This document shows, piece by piece, positions 12,862 through 24,949 of a stretch of 64,000 bases of DNA. The position numbers were made by a program, and so were the translations under genes. Numbering within the stretch: the stretch's first letter is position 1; each line of letters begins with the position of its first letter. The notes beneath the pieces were generated by a model, which did not search any database, was not told where the DNA came from, and saw only the letters and a list, made by a program, of their open reading frames with translations. Origin of the DNA: Heterodontus francisci (taxonomy: Eukaryota); assembly GCF_036365525.1 (NCBI RefSeq), contig NC_090403.1:53321095-53385094 (forward strand), in the 5' to 3' direction.

Positions 12862-15800
12862 CATGTCTCCATTTTCAGCAGTACTCAAGTTCTGTACTAC
12901 CAAACAACTGTTTACATCCCAGAGTGTTGAAAGAGGTGGCCATGGAGATAGTGGATGCGTTGGTGATCATCTTCCAAAATTCTATAGATTCTGGAACGGT
13001 TCCTGCAGATTGGAAGGTAGCAAATTTCACCCTGCTATTTAAGAAGGGAGGGAGAGAAAACAGGGAACTACAGACCTGTTAGCCTTACATCAGTAGTAGG
13101 GAAAATGCTCAAATCTGTTCTAAAGGATGTGATAAATGGATACTTGGATAATAATCTGGGCATAGTCAACATGGATTTATGAATGGGAAATCATGTTTGA
13201 TGCACCTGTTGGGGTTTTTTGAGGATGTTGCTAACAGAATTGATAAAGGTGGACATAGTATACTTGGATTTTCAGAAGGCTTTTGATAAAGTCCCTCACA
13301 AGAGGTTGGTTAGTAAAATTAAAGCACATGGTATAGGAGGTAATATACTGGCATAGGTTAAGGATTGGTTAACAGGTGGAAAGCAGAGAGTAGGAATAAA
13401 TGGGTCATTCTCGCATTAGCAGGCTGTGACTAGTGGGGTGCTACAGGATCAGTACTTGGGGGCCCCAGCTGTTCACAATATATGTTGGTGATTTGGATAT
13501 GGGGACCATATGTAGTATTTCCAAGTTCGCAGATGACACAAAACTTGGTGGGTTCAAGGGGATTTGGACAGACTTCGTCAGTGGGCAAGAATGTGGCAGG
13601 TGGAATATAATGTGGAAAAATATGAGATTATCCACTTTGGTAGGGGGAATAGATGTGCAGAGTATTTCTTAAATTGTAAGAGATTGGAAAGTGTAGATGT
13701 ACAAAGGAACCTGGGTGTCCTCGTCAATAAGTCACTGAAAGCTAACATGCAGGTGCAGCAAGCATTTAAGAAGGCTAATGGTATGTTGGCCTTTATTGCA
13801 GGAGAATTTGAGTATAGGAGTAGTGATGTCTTGCTTCAATTGTATAGAACCTTGGTTAGACCGCACCTGGCGTACTCTGCAGTTTTGGTCCCCTGACCGT
13901 AGGAAGGATATTGTTGCCATAGAGGGAGTGCAACGAAGGTTCACCAGACTTGTTCCTGGGATGGCGGGACTGTCCTGTGAAGAGTGATTGTGGAGACTGG
14001 GCCTGTATTCTCTAGAGTTTCGAAGAATGAAAGGTGATCTCATTGAAACCTACAAAATACTTAAAGGGATAGACAGGGTAGATGCAGGCAAGATGTTTCC
14101 CCTGGTTGGGGAGTCTAGAACCAGGGGACACAACTTCAAAATAAGGGTGAAGCCACTTGGGACTGAGGTGAGGAGAAATTTCATTACTCAGAGGGTTGTG
14201 AATCATTGGAATTCTCTACCCCAGAGGACTGTGGAAGCTCAGTCATTGAGTATGTTTAAAGTAGAGATTGACAGATATCTAAATACCAATGACACAAAAG
14301 GATATGGGAATAGTGTGGGGAAAAAGGCATTGAAGTGGATGATCAGGCATGATCATATTGAATGGCGGAGAAGGCTCGTTGGGCTGACTGGCCTAGTCCT
14401 GCTCCTATGTTCCTACTCAGACTATGATATTGTAAATTTTATTTTAACCTAGTTGCAGGCATATGTTGGCCTGGGACCTGAAAGTTGGTGATCTGATAGT
14501 CCAGTTATTAAAGATGAATTGTGCTATGTACATATTTTGAGTCAGTCTCATAGCTTGGAGAGGAAGTTCAGTTTGAGAGTTCTTGTTCTTGCTATAAATG
14601 AAATTTGGTAGAGTATTTTTTTAAGCTAAATACTTGCCGATTGTGTATAGAATGTTAGATGTGTGTAGGAATTGTAGGTTCTGGGTGATCTGTAGTTGAA
14701 GCCAGTAGTCAGCCTGAAGATCAGATGTATTTCTATATCTATTCTCTCCTTCCACTTTCTAAGCTCTGCATTTATTTTGCTGTAGTTGATCTTGCACCTG
14801 GGTAAATGCCCAAATTGGTGAATGGCAGACAAAGCATATAGGAGGAATATCGAGGGGTGGTTGGTGTACAAACAAGTTGTTCAGTTATAATTTATATTTT
14901 TCTGCTGCATGTCCTCCTCTTTGAATATTGGTCTGTCTCTCGGTCATCAAGGGGTACCAAATCTTAACTGGCGGAGGTTCATTCATCCTATGGCTACTTA
15001 TTGTCGATTATATTTGTATAGAAGGAAGATTTATTGATTTTTTTTTTCTCAAACCGCCATCGGCATGAGTTTGTCAAAGAAGAAAGGTACATTCGGTCAA
15101 ACAAAATTAATTTTTGTTATAGAGGGAGAGAACCACTTGAGTTCAGCTTGCAGCTCAAATAAGGCTCAAACAGAGAGTGATTATCTCAGGTGTTGAATTT
15201 TATGTAAGCTGTGGGGAATGAAATTTCTCCATTCATTAATTGTAGTGAAAAGCAAGTATAAAGCTCTTTTCCTCACCTTACACTCCTGTTATTTGTTTTA
15301 CTAAAATTGAATTTTAGGGAACTTCACCTAGCTTTATTTTATGCCCTACCGTTGTGGCTCTTGGATCATTGTATAGGACCTTCATATTTTGTGGTGTGTG
15401 TGGGAACAATCGGTGCAACAGAGAAGGAACTGAACAACTGATGACTAATATTTACAAATATTCGTGACAGTATGTCAGAAGTCATTAGATATTCCATAGA
15501 AGGAGCTTGATCAATTTTGGTATTACTTATTGGTAATGTTGGTTTTCTTGCAGTTGGTCCTAATCAAAGCAGTCCTATCAATATTACCAACTTCAAATCT
15601 CCAGGTCACTCTGAACCACTCTTTATGAATGAAACGCTTGGGACTGGTTCTTGAGGGAACCTATGTCCAGAGCACACTACCTCCTCTGGCTGGAAGCTTC
15701 TGGAACTTGAGGGTAAGAAGCAAAATATACCCCAAAATGGGTGTTTGCTGTCTCTAAATTATATTTGTACTGTCCATTTGGTTGAAGAGTCAAGATTTTA

Positions 15801-16154
15801 TGAGACAAGGTCACAGTTTAGTTTTTGATGGATTGTAAGGGCTACCAGAACTCGGTATTGAAGCATACTATGTGTTGGGTGTGTTTAGTTAAATCAGGAG
15901 TCTAAACTACAGCTATTAGTAGTTCTTGAATCCTGGCAATCTGACCCACTTTGCTTAGACAACTCGTTTTTGTTTGCATTTTCATTTCTTACTCGTTTTG
16001 TCCTGTTCAGATATTGAGAACGTAAATGTTTGGGAAGGTCTGCTCTTTGTGCTTTATGGGTTGCTATGTCCTATATCAAAACACCAGAACCTGTTGATAT
16101 TCACAGCTTAAGATATGTGCAAGTTAACGAGCATTAGTTTAAACTTGCAAAGTA

Positions 16155-16275
16155 TAGAACTCTAGAGTTCAGCAGGAAGCCATTCATATCATTGTGCTTT
16201 TCCTGGCTCGCTGGAAGAGCGACGACATAGTCTCAACTCCATGCTCTTTCCCCATAGCCCTGCAAATTTTCTTTC
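16155..16275 (-). mobile_element. Short old CR1 3' tail
   Basis: 'cagcaggaagccattca...tgctctttccccatagccctgcaaatttt' matches an antisense CR1 3' UTR. Confidence 0.6.
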
Positions 16276-16284
16276 TTCACACAG

Positions 16285-17249
16285 CATAAAGAAGTAGGGG
16301 CAGGAGAAGCCTATATGGCCCCTTGCTTCACCATTCGATAAGATCATGGTTGAGCTTTGATCTCCATTCCACTTTCCTGCCCAATCCCTATATTGCTTGA
16401 TTTACCCTAGAGGCCAAAGATGTATCTATCTTAGCCTTGAATGTACTCAACAACTGAACATCCAGAGCCCTTTGGGATAGAGAATTCCAAAGATTTATAA
16501 TTGAGTGAAGAAATTCTTCCTCATCTTGTTCTTAAATGATCGATCCGTTATCCTGATGCTATGTCCCCCAGTTCTAGACTCTGCAGCCGGGGTAAACAAC
16601 CTCTCGGCATCTACCTTGCCAAGCCCTCTCAGTATCCTCTTATGTTTCAGTGAGATCACCTCTCATTCTTCTTTCTTTTTGAGAGTCTAGGCCCAATCTA
16701 CTCGACCTCTCGTCAGAGGACAGCCCCCTCATGTCAGGAATTAATCTAATGAACCTTCACCAAACCGCCTCCTAGACAGTATATCCTTCCTTTGATAAGG
16801 AGACCAAAACCATATACAGTACTCCAGGTATTGACTCACCTATATGTTTGTGGCAAGAATTCCTTACTCTTGTATTCCAGCCCTCTTGCAATAAAGGCTA
16901 TGTCATTTGCCTTTCTAATTGCTTGCTGTACCTGCATGCTAATTTTGTGTTTGTTGTATGAGGACACCCAAATCTCTCTCAACATTAACATTAAAAATTT
17001 CTCTCCATTTCAAAAATTATACTTTTCTATTAATGAAGTGAATAACCTCACATCTCTTATACTGAATCTGTCACCTGATTTCCCACTCACTTAACCTGTA
17101 TCTATCCCTTTGTAGAATCTTTGTGTCCTCCACACAGCTTACTATTCCATCTAGCTTTATATTGTCAGCAAACATCGATATATTACTCTTGGTACCTTTG
17201 TATAAGTCATTAATGTGGATTGTGCATAGCTGAGGTCCTAGCACTGAAC
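16285..17249 (-). mobile_element. Old CR1 LINE 3' portion
   Basis: Antisense CR1 hallmarks: 'tgagatcacctctcattctt', 'gagaccaaaaccatatacagtactccagg', 'tgtcagcaaac' (FAD). Confidence 0.85.
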
Positions 17250-17645
17250 AACAAAGAACAGTACAGCACAGGAACAGGCCATTTGGCCCTCCAAGCCTGC
17301 GCCGATCTTGATGCCTGCCTAAACTAAAACCTTCTGCACTTCCGGGGACCGTATCCCTCTATTCCCATCCTATTCATGTATTTGTCAAGATGCCTCTTAA
17401 GCGTCATTATCGTACCTGTTTCCACCACCTCCCCCGGCAGCAAGTTCCAGGCACTCACCACCCTCTGTGTAAAGAACTTGCCTCGCACATCCCCTCTATG
17501 CCCCTCTCACCTTAAACCTATGTCCCCTAGTAACTGACTCTTCCACCCTGGGAAAAAGCTTCTGACTATCCACTCTGTCCATGCCGCTGATAACTTTGTA
17601 AACCTCTATCATGTCACCCCTCCACCTCCGTCGTTCCAGTGAAAA
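17250..17645 (-). mobile_element. Young CR1 3' fragment, same subfamily as 58701-61280
   Basis: Nearly the same sequence as 58701-59110; 8-bp TSD cactgaac at 17242-17249 and 17646-17653. Confidence 0.92.
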
Positions 17646-18114
17646 CACTGAACCTGGCATTTACAGCCTGCTTAAGTAGAGATCCAGTTCCCTTTTAAAA
17701 GTTAGTATTAAATGCACCAAATTAATACATGGACACAGAAAGTTTGGACACACAGTTTAGAGTTCCTGAGGGCTACCCAGTGTGTAAGGCACAAACACTG
17801 GGTTCCACAAAGTTCTGTGATTTGAGTACATTTGCTTTTTTTTTTACATCAATTGGTTTTCATGATTGCTTTGCAAATATGTATTTGAAAATAATAGTTC
17901 TAAGCACGGGTCACAACCCTTGCCAACTGAGCATGGTGAGCTTATTGCTCAAGTGATTGGCAGATTTAGGTTCTCCTCAGGCTCCGTAACCAGGTGATTT
18001 GACTGGTTTAGAGCGACTGCCCAGTTTTTAAAATGCATTAGGTCATCAACACTACCCAAGCATCCTCTGGAGAATCACTCTTTACTGCATTAATTTTCTC
18101 TGTCCCCAAAACAT

Positions 18115-18292
18115 TCTCCCCATCCTGTCCTGATGGCACTGACCGTTACTATATATAGTTCCGTGGGTTCTGGTTGTCCTCCAATGCCTAGCTGAACTGG
18201 CAATTCTTTGTATCTGAGCCGAGAAGTGAGTGCCAACAGGCTAATTGACGGCGGGTGATTTCACAGATGAATCTAATCCAGTCCTTGCCTCA
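18115..18292 (-). mobile_element. Ancient SINE fragment (family shared with 24950-25650 and 57566-57900)
   Basis: Shared motifs '(t)cctgatgg(c/t)(a/g)ctgac' and 'gagt...caggcta' recur in those copies. Confidence 0.5.
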
Positions 18293-18690
18293 CAACAACA
18301 GCTTGTGTAGGCACTTCACAGGTGCATTATAAAACAAAATAAAGCACCGAGCCACAACAGGAGACATTTGGGCAGATGACCAAAAGCTTGGTTAAACAGG
18401 TAGGTTTTGAGGAGTATCTTAAAGGAAGAAAGAGAGGCAGAGAGTTTTAGGGAATGCCAGAGGGATTCTCTGGTAATCCCAGAGGAAATACCAGAGTTTA
18501 GGGCCTTGGCAGCTGAAGACACAGCCACCAATAGTGGAGAATTTAGAGGAGTGCAGATATCTGAGTTGGCGGGCTGGAGGAGATTACAGGCGTAGGCAGG
18601 GACGAGGCCATGGAGGGATTTGAAAACAAGTTTGAAAATTTTTAAATAGAGGTGTTGCTTAACAGGAAGCCAATGTAGGTCAGTAATACA
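18293..18690 (-). mobile_element. L2 LINE 3' end
   Basis: ORF 18316..18801 contains DLHWLPVKQHL.LKI..LVFKSLHGL.P.Y and SFKILLKTYLF, typical of the L2 C-terminus. Confidence 0.88.
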
Positions 18691-19380
18691 CACTGGATGT
18701 CTAATTCTGTAGAAAATGTTCTGCTGTACAGCTCTAGGATCATTTTTTATAATAAATGGCATTTGGTCTTTGTATACCAGCATTCCAGAAGAGACTTGCA
18801 ATTGCTGGTTTGTTTCTGATTGTAGATTCCTGCTCTGTTTTTTTTATTTAAATATCATAAAAGGCAGAGAAAGCATGGAAGTGCAGCCCAGTGGATTACA
18901 AGAAAGCCACTGAGTGAGGTGACCTGAAAAGCAACTTCAGAGTGGCACCAGTGCAGCTGTTTCTTTTAAAATCCCATTTATTTATCTGCTTCCTCCACTC
19001 TTCAGTGTTCCATTGTAGCTCCCTGCCTGTTTCCTGTTTCTTGAGGTTGACATTGGTCAGTGGTGCTCACAGCAGAGAATGTTGCGACTCATGGGGAGGT
19101 GGGGCAGGCTTGGTGTCCTGTCTCAAAACCTGGATTGCGGGTCTGTTGGAGCTGATAATCTGCCTTTGAAAAACATGCATCGCTGTGATAACGTCACCTT
19201 TTGAGCCTAATTTAAAGAGTGGCTTAGCTAATATTGAAGTATTTTGGAGATTTTTAAAAAGATAAAGTTGGAAGGCAAACTTAACTCCACAAAAATGAGA
19301 CTGCAAGAGCAATTGCTTCAAGTTCAGGGCATTGGACCGCCAATGAGTGATCTAGTGTTTCAGGTATCACTTTATAGAGT

Positions 19381-19614
19381 AAAAACAAAAAATAATGGAA
19401 ATACTCAGCAGGTCTGGCAGCATCTGTGGAGAGAGAAATAGAAAGGTTAATGTTTCAGGTCTGTGACCTTTCAATAGGGGTTCTGATGAAAGGTCACAGA
19501 CCTGAAACATTATCTCTCTTTTTCTCTCTCAATAGATGCTGCCAGACCTGCTGAGTATTTTCAGCATGTTCTGTTTTTATTTCAGATTTCCAGCACCCAG
19601 AGTATTTTGCATTT
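19381..19614 (+). mobile_element. Short PLE-derived fold-back element with hammerhead motif
   Basis: ~90-bp inverted arms (19381-19472, 19487-19579). CTGATGA a aggtc aca gacct GAAAC at 19483-19508. 17-bp TSD gtatca(c/g)tttat(a/g)gagt at 19364-19380 and 19615-19631. Confidence 0.8.
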
Positions 19615-20620
19615 GTATCAGTTTATGGAGTTGCACATTGCAGGAAATAGCAGATAACAGTGTTGTACATTGGTAATGGGAGCTCAATGAGGTATGCTTT
19701 GAGAGTTGTGGAACGCTATGACTGAGAAAGGGTTCATGGTAAAACTGGTGCCTGAATTTTCCTGCCTGTTCTACGTAGTTTTGTGGGATTAATTGCTCTT
19801 GGACAAAGCAGTTGAATGAGTCGTTAGGTCTTACTGTTATTAAGGGCTTATGAAATCTAAGGCTTTGGAGGAAGCGCTTATAAATAAAAATCATTAAAAC
19901 AGTACGATTGAGGGCATGTAATCATGTACTTTATTCCATGGACAAGGGCCAAGTGGTACCCTGCAGGAAGGAGAGGTGCTTATGCCTCCTAGTAGCCTGT
20001 TGTAATCAGCCTTAATAGGGGAAAGGGAGACATAAACAAAGGAAAAATACTTGGATATTTGTTCAGCTTTTGTATTGTGGACATTATCGGGATTTTCTCA
20101 GTCCTCAAAAGTCAGCAATGACATTGAAAGCAAATTTTTACAGTTCACACCACAAGACATTGATATGACTTAGGCTGCTATTTTTCAGTGCCTTGGAATG
20201 TCCCATCTGCAACTAGCAAACCCTCAAGAAAGGATTAAGCTCAAGCCTTGTGTATTTGTATGCCAGTCTTCATGTCTAACAATATTCAGGTCCCCTGTGG
20301 CTTAAACAGACAGATACAAAGCACGGGTTTCAATGAATGTTGGCAACAGGAGAAAATTCCCTGCCCATGTTGACAAAGATCTGCTGCGTATGAATTTACA
20401 TGAAATTTTAGCTCTCGTTCTTTGAAAATGCACAATGTGTACTTCCCCCTTTTGGTGTTCTGTGCTTTCTTTCCTGCTGCTCTTCCTGCTTTAAAACATG
20501 GTGAAATCTTTTAGTATTTAGAACATTTAATCAGCATGATTGCGAAAAATTGGATCTCTATCACAGCAGTATTTATCTTCAAAAGGTGACCTGTTTGGTG
20601 TTTTTTAAGGCTGTTTTGTT

Positions 20621-20958
20621 ATATTCGTTCACAATGTGGGCATCGCATGCATGGCTAGCATTTCTTAACCATCCCTAATTGTCCTTGAGACAACTGAGTG
20701 GCTTGCTAGGCCATTTCAGAAGGCAGTTAAGGGTCAATGGCTGGTTTCTTTCCCTAAAAAGCATTAGTGAACCAGATGGGTTTTTACAACACTCCACTAG
20801 TTTCATGATCACCATTACTAATACTAACTGTTTAATTCCAAATTTATTTAATTAACTGTATTTAAATTCCCCAGCTGTCTGGTGGGATTCCAACTTTTAT
20901 CTCTGGATCATTAGTCTAGGCCTCTGGATAACTAGTTCAACAACATAAACACTATGCT
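20621..20958 (-). mobile_element. tRNA-head SINE whose 3' tail is shared with the LINE at 49615-50017 and 51966-52443
   Basis: Head region 'ctggtgggattccaac...ggcctctggataactagt'; tail 'attcgttc...catccctaattgtccttgaga' matches 51968-52040. Confidence 0.8.
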
Positions 20959-20959
20959 G

Positions 20960-21820
20960 TGGTTGGCATCCTTCCATCTATGAACGATGATGGACATGCA
21001 GCAACAATCCATTTAAGTGGGGTGTCTTCTCTTGATGTACCTTTGCTGATGGCTCTGAAGGCCAGTCCTTGAGAGGCACGTTCTGCCACAAGTGCTGCAC
21101 ATGAAGCATGCGAAGTGACGCTGTGAGTTGTTTTTGATGCTGGCACCTGTTGCCAAGCTGCTGTAGTAACTGGTCGTTGTGGTAGTGCACACCAGTCCAC
21201 AGGACGTCTCGCCATTGCCCTCTTTCGCCAGCTAGCGACTCTCGGGTGCAGTAGTCGACATTTAAGGCCTTCATGTCACGCTAACGAGCATCCTTGAAGC
21301 GGAGTTTTGGGCGCCCCGCTGGTCGTCTGGCCCTGGCTACCTTTACCATTTTGAAGGTCCTTGGGTATGCGACCGTCTTCCATCCTGTGGACGCATCAAA
21401 TTCATCAAAGCCACCTCTGTTTGATTAGTGCCAACACATTTGAGAGCTCTGCATTTGAGAGGACTGCCACATCTGTGATTTTTTTGCTTGCCAGGATATA
21501 CCCATAATGTGCTGCAGACAGTGAAGATGGAAGTTATTGAGCTGCTTTTCCTGGTAGCTGTAAGTCATCCATGTTTTACAGTCATACAGCAAGATGCTGA
21601 GAACACAGGCCTTACAAACCATCAGCTTGGTGTTATCCCATGTGAGATTCGCAAGGCGGCCAAAGGTGGTAGCTGCTTTCCCAATGTGTGTTCGAGCTCT
21701 GCATCAAGGGACAGATAGTTTGTCACTGTGGACCCAAGGTAACAGAATTTGCTGACCACTTCCAGTGGGGTCTAATTTAGTGTGAGCAGGGGTGGAGATG
21801 CAACACCTTGTCCCATGACT
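20960..21820 (-). mobile_element. Old RTE-clade LINE 3' portion
   Basis: ORF 21425..21622 CKACVLSILLY.C.TW..Y..QEKQLNNFHL.CLQHIMGISWQ; DGRIPKDL and GRPKLRFKD remnants. Confidence 0.85.
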
Positions 21821-22339
21821 TACTGTGCCTGATATCCTTTCAGAAAGGGTATCCTTTCTGAAGAAATTTGCATAAGATTGAAATGGTGAATTTCTATCTC
21901 GTAAGTACATTTTTGCTTTTAGTTAAAACCAACAAGAACACTTGCAAAGACTATACTTGTACAAGAATTTAACTTAATAAATTTCAAAAAAAATTAAAGC
22001 TGTATGATCTATAATTTTATATGTATATAATCTGCATGTAAGAAAAACTGGTCAGTCACATTTATTGGCCACATTTAATTATAAGCAAATCTATTCTAGG
22101 AAAATGTCTTGCAGCTACTTGACTTATGCAAATTTTAGGCCATATTTTTATTTTAATTTCAGCTTTTAGAATGTAGAGAGAAGCTCCCCAGTAACAGAAA
22201 ATATCCCAGTAATGCAAAGGTCAAAATAACTGCAGTTGATGATTTAAAATAAACACTTGGGCACACTGATTATAAAGGAAAAAGCCAGACATTTCATCAT
22301 GGGTTTGACTTGTAGCCTCAAGAGTAGTTAAACTCGTGA

Positions 22340-23525
22340 AACGTACGTCATGTCTATCTAATCTAGTGAATTTTATTCAAGGACGTCACTAGTATGGTGA
22401 ATAGTGAAGTGTCTGTAGATGTTGTCTTTATGGATGTCAAAGTCATTTGATAAGGTTCGACACAGGAAATTATTAGCAAAAATTAGAGCACTTAAAATTG
22501 GAAGTAACCTTGTGACATGGGTCAGTAATTGTTTGGGAGGCAGGAGATGGAGAGTAGGGATAAATGGATCCTTTTCTGATTTGCAGGATGTGACAAATGA
22601 TCCTTGGAGAACTGTACTGGGGCCTCAGCTTTCCACCATATATATTGACTGATGAAAGAATACAGTGTTGTATATCCAAGTTTGTAAATGAAGCACAGTA
22701 AGTTGTGTTAATGGGAACAGCACATTATGAAGAGACGTAGACTAAGTGAGCGGGCAAGAAATTGTCAGAGTATGATGTGCAGAAGTTTGGATTTAAGTGA
22801 AATCGGAAGCTTTTCTGAATGGTGGAAGACTTGGAGCTGGAGAGGAACAAATAGGTTGTGCACAGGTACAAAAGTTTTTTTTTGAAGGCTAATGGAATGT
22901 TGGTCTTTATCTCAAGATGATTGGAAAACAAAATTAAGGAAGTGATGCTTCAGTTGTGCAGACCCTTGGTCACACCCCACCTGGCGTACTGCTTTCAGTT
23001 TGGGCATTGAACATCAGGAAGGACATATTGGCTGTGGGGATGTGGTGGCAGCTGGTGTAAGCTCAGCGCAAATTCCAGATAGACCAGGACTTAATGAGTT
23101 AAATTCGGAAGACAAGCGTACAATCCTGGTTCGCATTCCCTTGAGTTTAGGTAGTTGAGGGGTTATCTAATTGATGTATTTAAAATGATAAAGGGATTTG
23201 ATAGAGTGGATGCAAATAAACTTCCTTCTCATGGGGGAATGCAGAGCTAAATCTTAAAATTTAAGCCAGACAATTTAGGAGTGAAATCTGGAAACCTTTC
23301 AACATGAAAGGTAGTGGAAAATAGAGCTCACTCCCCTAAAAAGCTGTTGATGCTGGGTCAGTTGAAATTTTCAAGACTGAGTTTGATTTTTTGTTAGGTA
23401 AGAGTATCAAAGAATATGAAGCCAAAGTGGGTCAATGGAGGTGAGGTACCTCTCAGCATGATCTGGTTGAATGGTGGATCAGGCTTGAGGGGCTGAATGG
23501 ATTACTCTTTTTTTATTTGTTCCTA
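22340..23525 (+). mobile_element. Decayed CR1 RT and 3' UTR
   Basis: ORF 22419..22652 KSFDKV.H...RVGING.FSD.QDV...VLGPQL; tail 'ggggctgaatggattactc...ttcct'. Confidence 0.85.
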
Positions 23526-24949
23526 AACTGTGATCTCACTCTATATATAATTTCCTGACTAAAATAATAAATTCTGACCTAAGACAGTTTACTTGAACAA
23601 TAATTTAATTTTGTGGCTGTAAAGACAGCTCCACCTTAATAGATTAATAGGTTGTACAGTACTAACGCATTATGCACTTATAATTTGAAGCAGTTTTATG
23701 CTTAAAATTTAAAATAATTTGCATAACATAGCAAAGTGGGAAGTTACTGGTTATAAAATTGAATTAAAAGAATTTGAATTACTCAACTTTGAATTAAATT
23801 GCCGCATACTTTTGACCTTTTGGGAAAAAAAACTGACTTATTGTGAGGAACACCATGGATGTTCTGTTACTTCAAATTAGTGATCTAGGTTTACTTTATG
23901 CCAATTAATATTTCATGTGCTTTGATGGAAGTTTACCCCCAAGTGCTTTCTTTCTGTAAAACTTGAAGGGAAAGTACAGCTCTCATTTAATTGAGGGAAA
24001 TGATACTCTGAGATTTCTTTTGGTGCCTATGTGAAAGCATCAAAATTTTACCCAAGTGAGGAGACTAGCTCCTGTGGACTGATTTGAGAATATTGCTGTG
24101 CATCTGAGAGGTGCTTGTTAGTAAACAGCGGGTCAGGGCTTGACTTCAGACTGGCACGATTGCCAGTATTTAGTGGCAGAATCCTTAATGCAACATAAAT
24201 CTAAATCCTCTGGACTGGAAAATCTGCATGCTGCTCCCTCCCACTTTATAGTTTGACTTCCTGATGTCTGACAGCAACAGAGGTTCTTGGGCTAGATTGA
24301 TATCATACCTCGTGCTGCTGAATCTGCAGCCTTCCCCAGATGCTCCCTCTTGGTGACACCGCCACTGTGGTCTACCAGCAAGTTTGGCCCGCCCAATAGT
24401 CCTGAGACTATTTTTGGTAAAATGGGACTGCTTTGAACAAAATGAGCGTTCCCAGATTCCTCTTCCATTTGAGGTTTCTCCAGTGAGCGAAAGGATGGCT
24501 GTAAAATGAAATGGTGTGGTGGACATCAATTATGGTGAACGCTGTGGATGCACATTGGCAGGAATGCACGTTCACATTTTTTTTCCACTAGTTTCTCCGG
24601 TCTGTGGATGGGTTTTCAGAACTTGGCATCGTTCTAAATGCTGCCATGCTCACTCGATGTTGGGTAAATTTCCACTTGTACTGGCACAGATTCAACTGCT
24701 GTTGGACTGCCTCCAATATTGGTATGGTTCCATGTTTAGATTTATTAAGTCACTTTCAGATGATAAAAAGTTGGGCAGTACCTTTCCAAGAGACTTGTTT
24801 ACTGATCTCTAACAAAATTCTTTGGCTCTTTGGATAAAATGTTTTATGAAAAAGAGTATGAACACATTCTGATCCAGATTAATATTGCCAAAAATGGATT
24901 CTTAGCTTATTTCCAGGAAAAACATATTTTTCAACTCCATTCTTCAATT

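Larger units (their letters stand above)
12165..12912 (+). mobile_element. Penelope-like element, truncated: inverted pLTR + GIY-YIG endonuclease C-terminus + pLTR
   Basis: ORF 12296..12565 (SAIGQHLLNNPQCAKNY...HLRVLEATYL) resembles PLE endonuclease ends. 136-bp inverted arms at 12161-12296 and 12751-12886. 13-bp TSD tacatcccagagt at 12152-12164 and 12913-12925. Confidence 0.85.
7950..14416 (+). mobile_element. Near full-length inactivated CR1 LINE (5' UTR, ORF1 zinc finger/leucine zipper/esterase, ORF2 APE-RT, 3' tail), interrupted by two nested insertions
   Basis: ORF1 starts ~8495 MTGQLGQVECASCGMWE...HICRKC..LQKL..RVSELERQL. APE in ORF 9416..10069 (LYLNARSIRNK, YRPP, GDFN). RT remnants at 12926-14330 (DFQKAFDKVPH, SKFADDTK). 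Tail 'cctgctcctatgttcct'. The 5' boundary is approximate. Confidence 0.92.
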
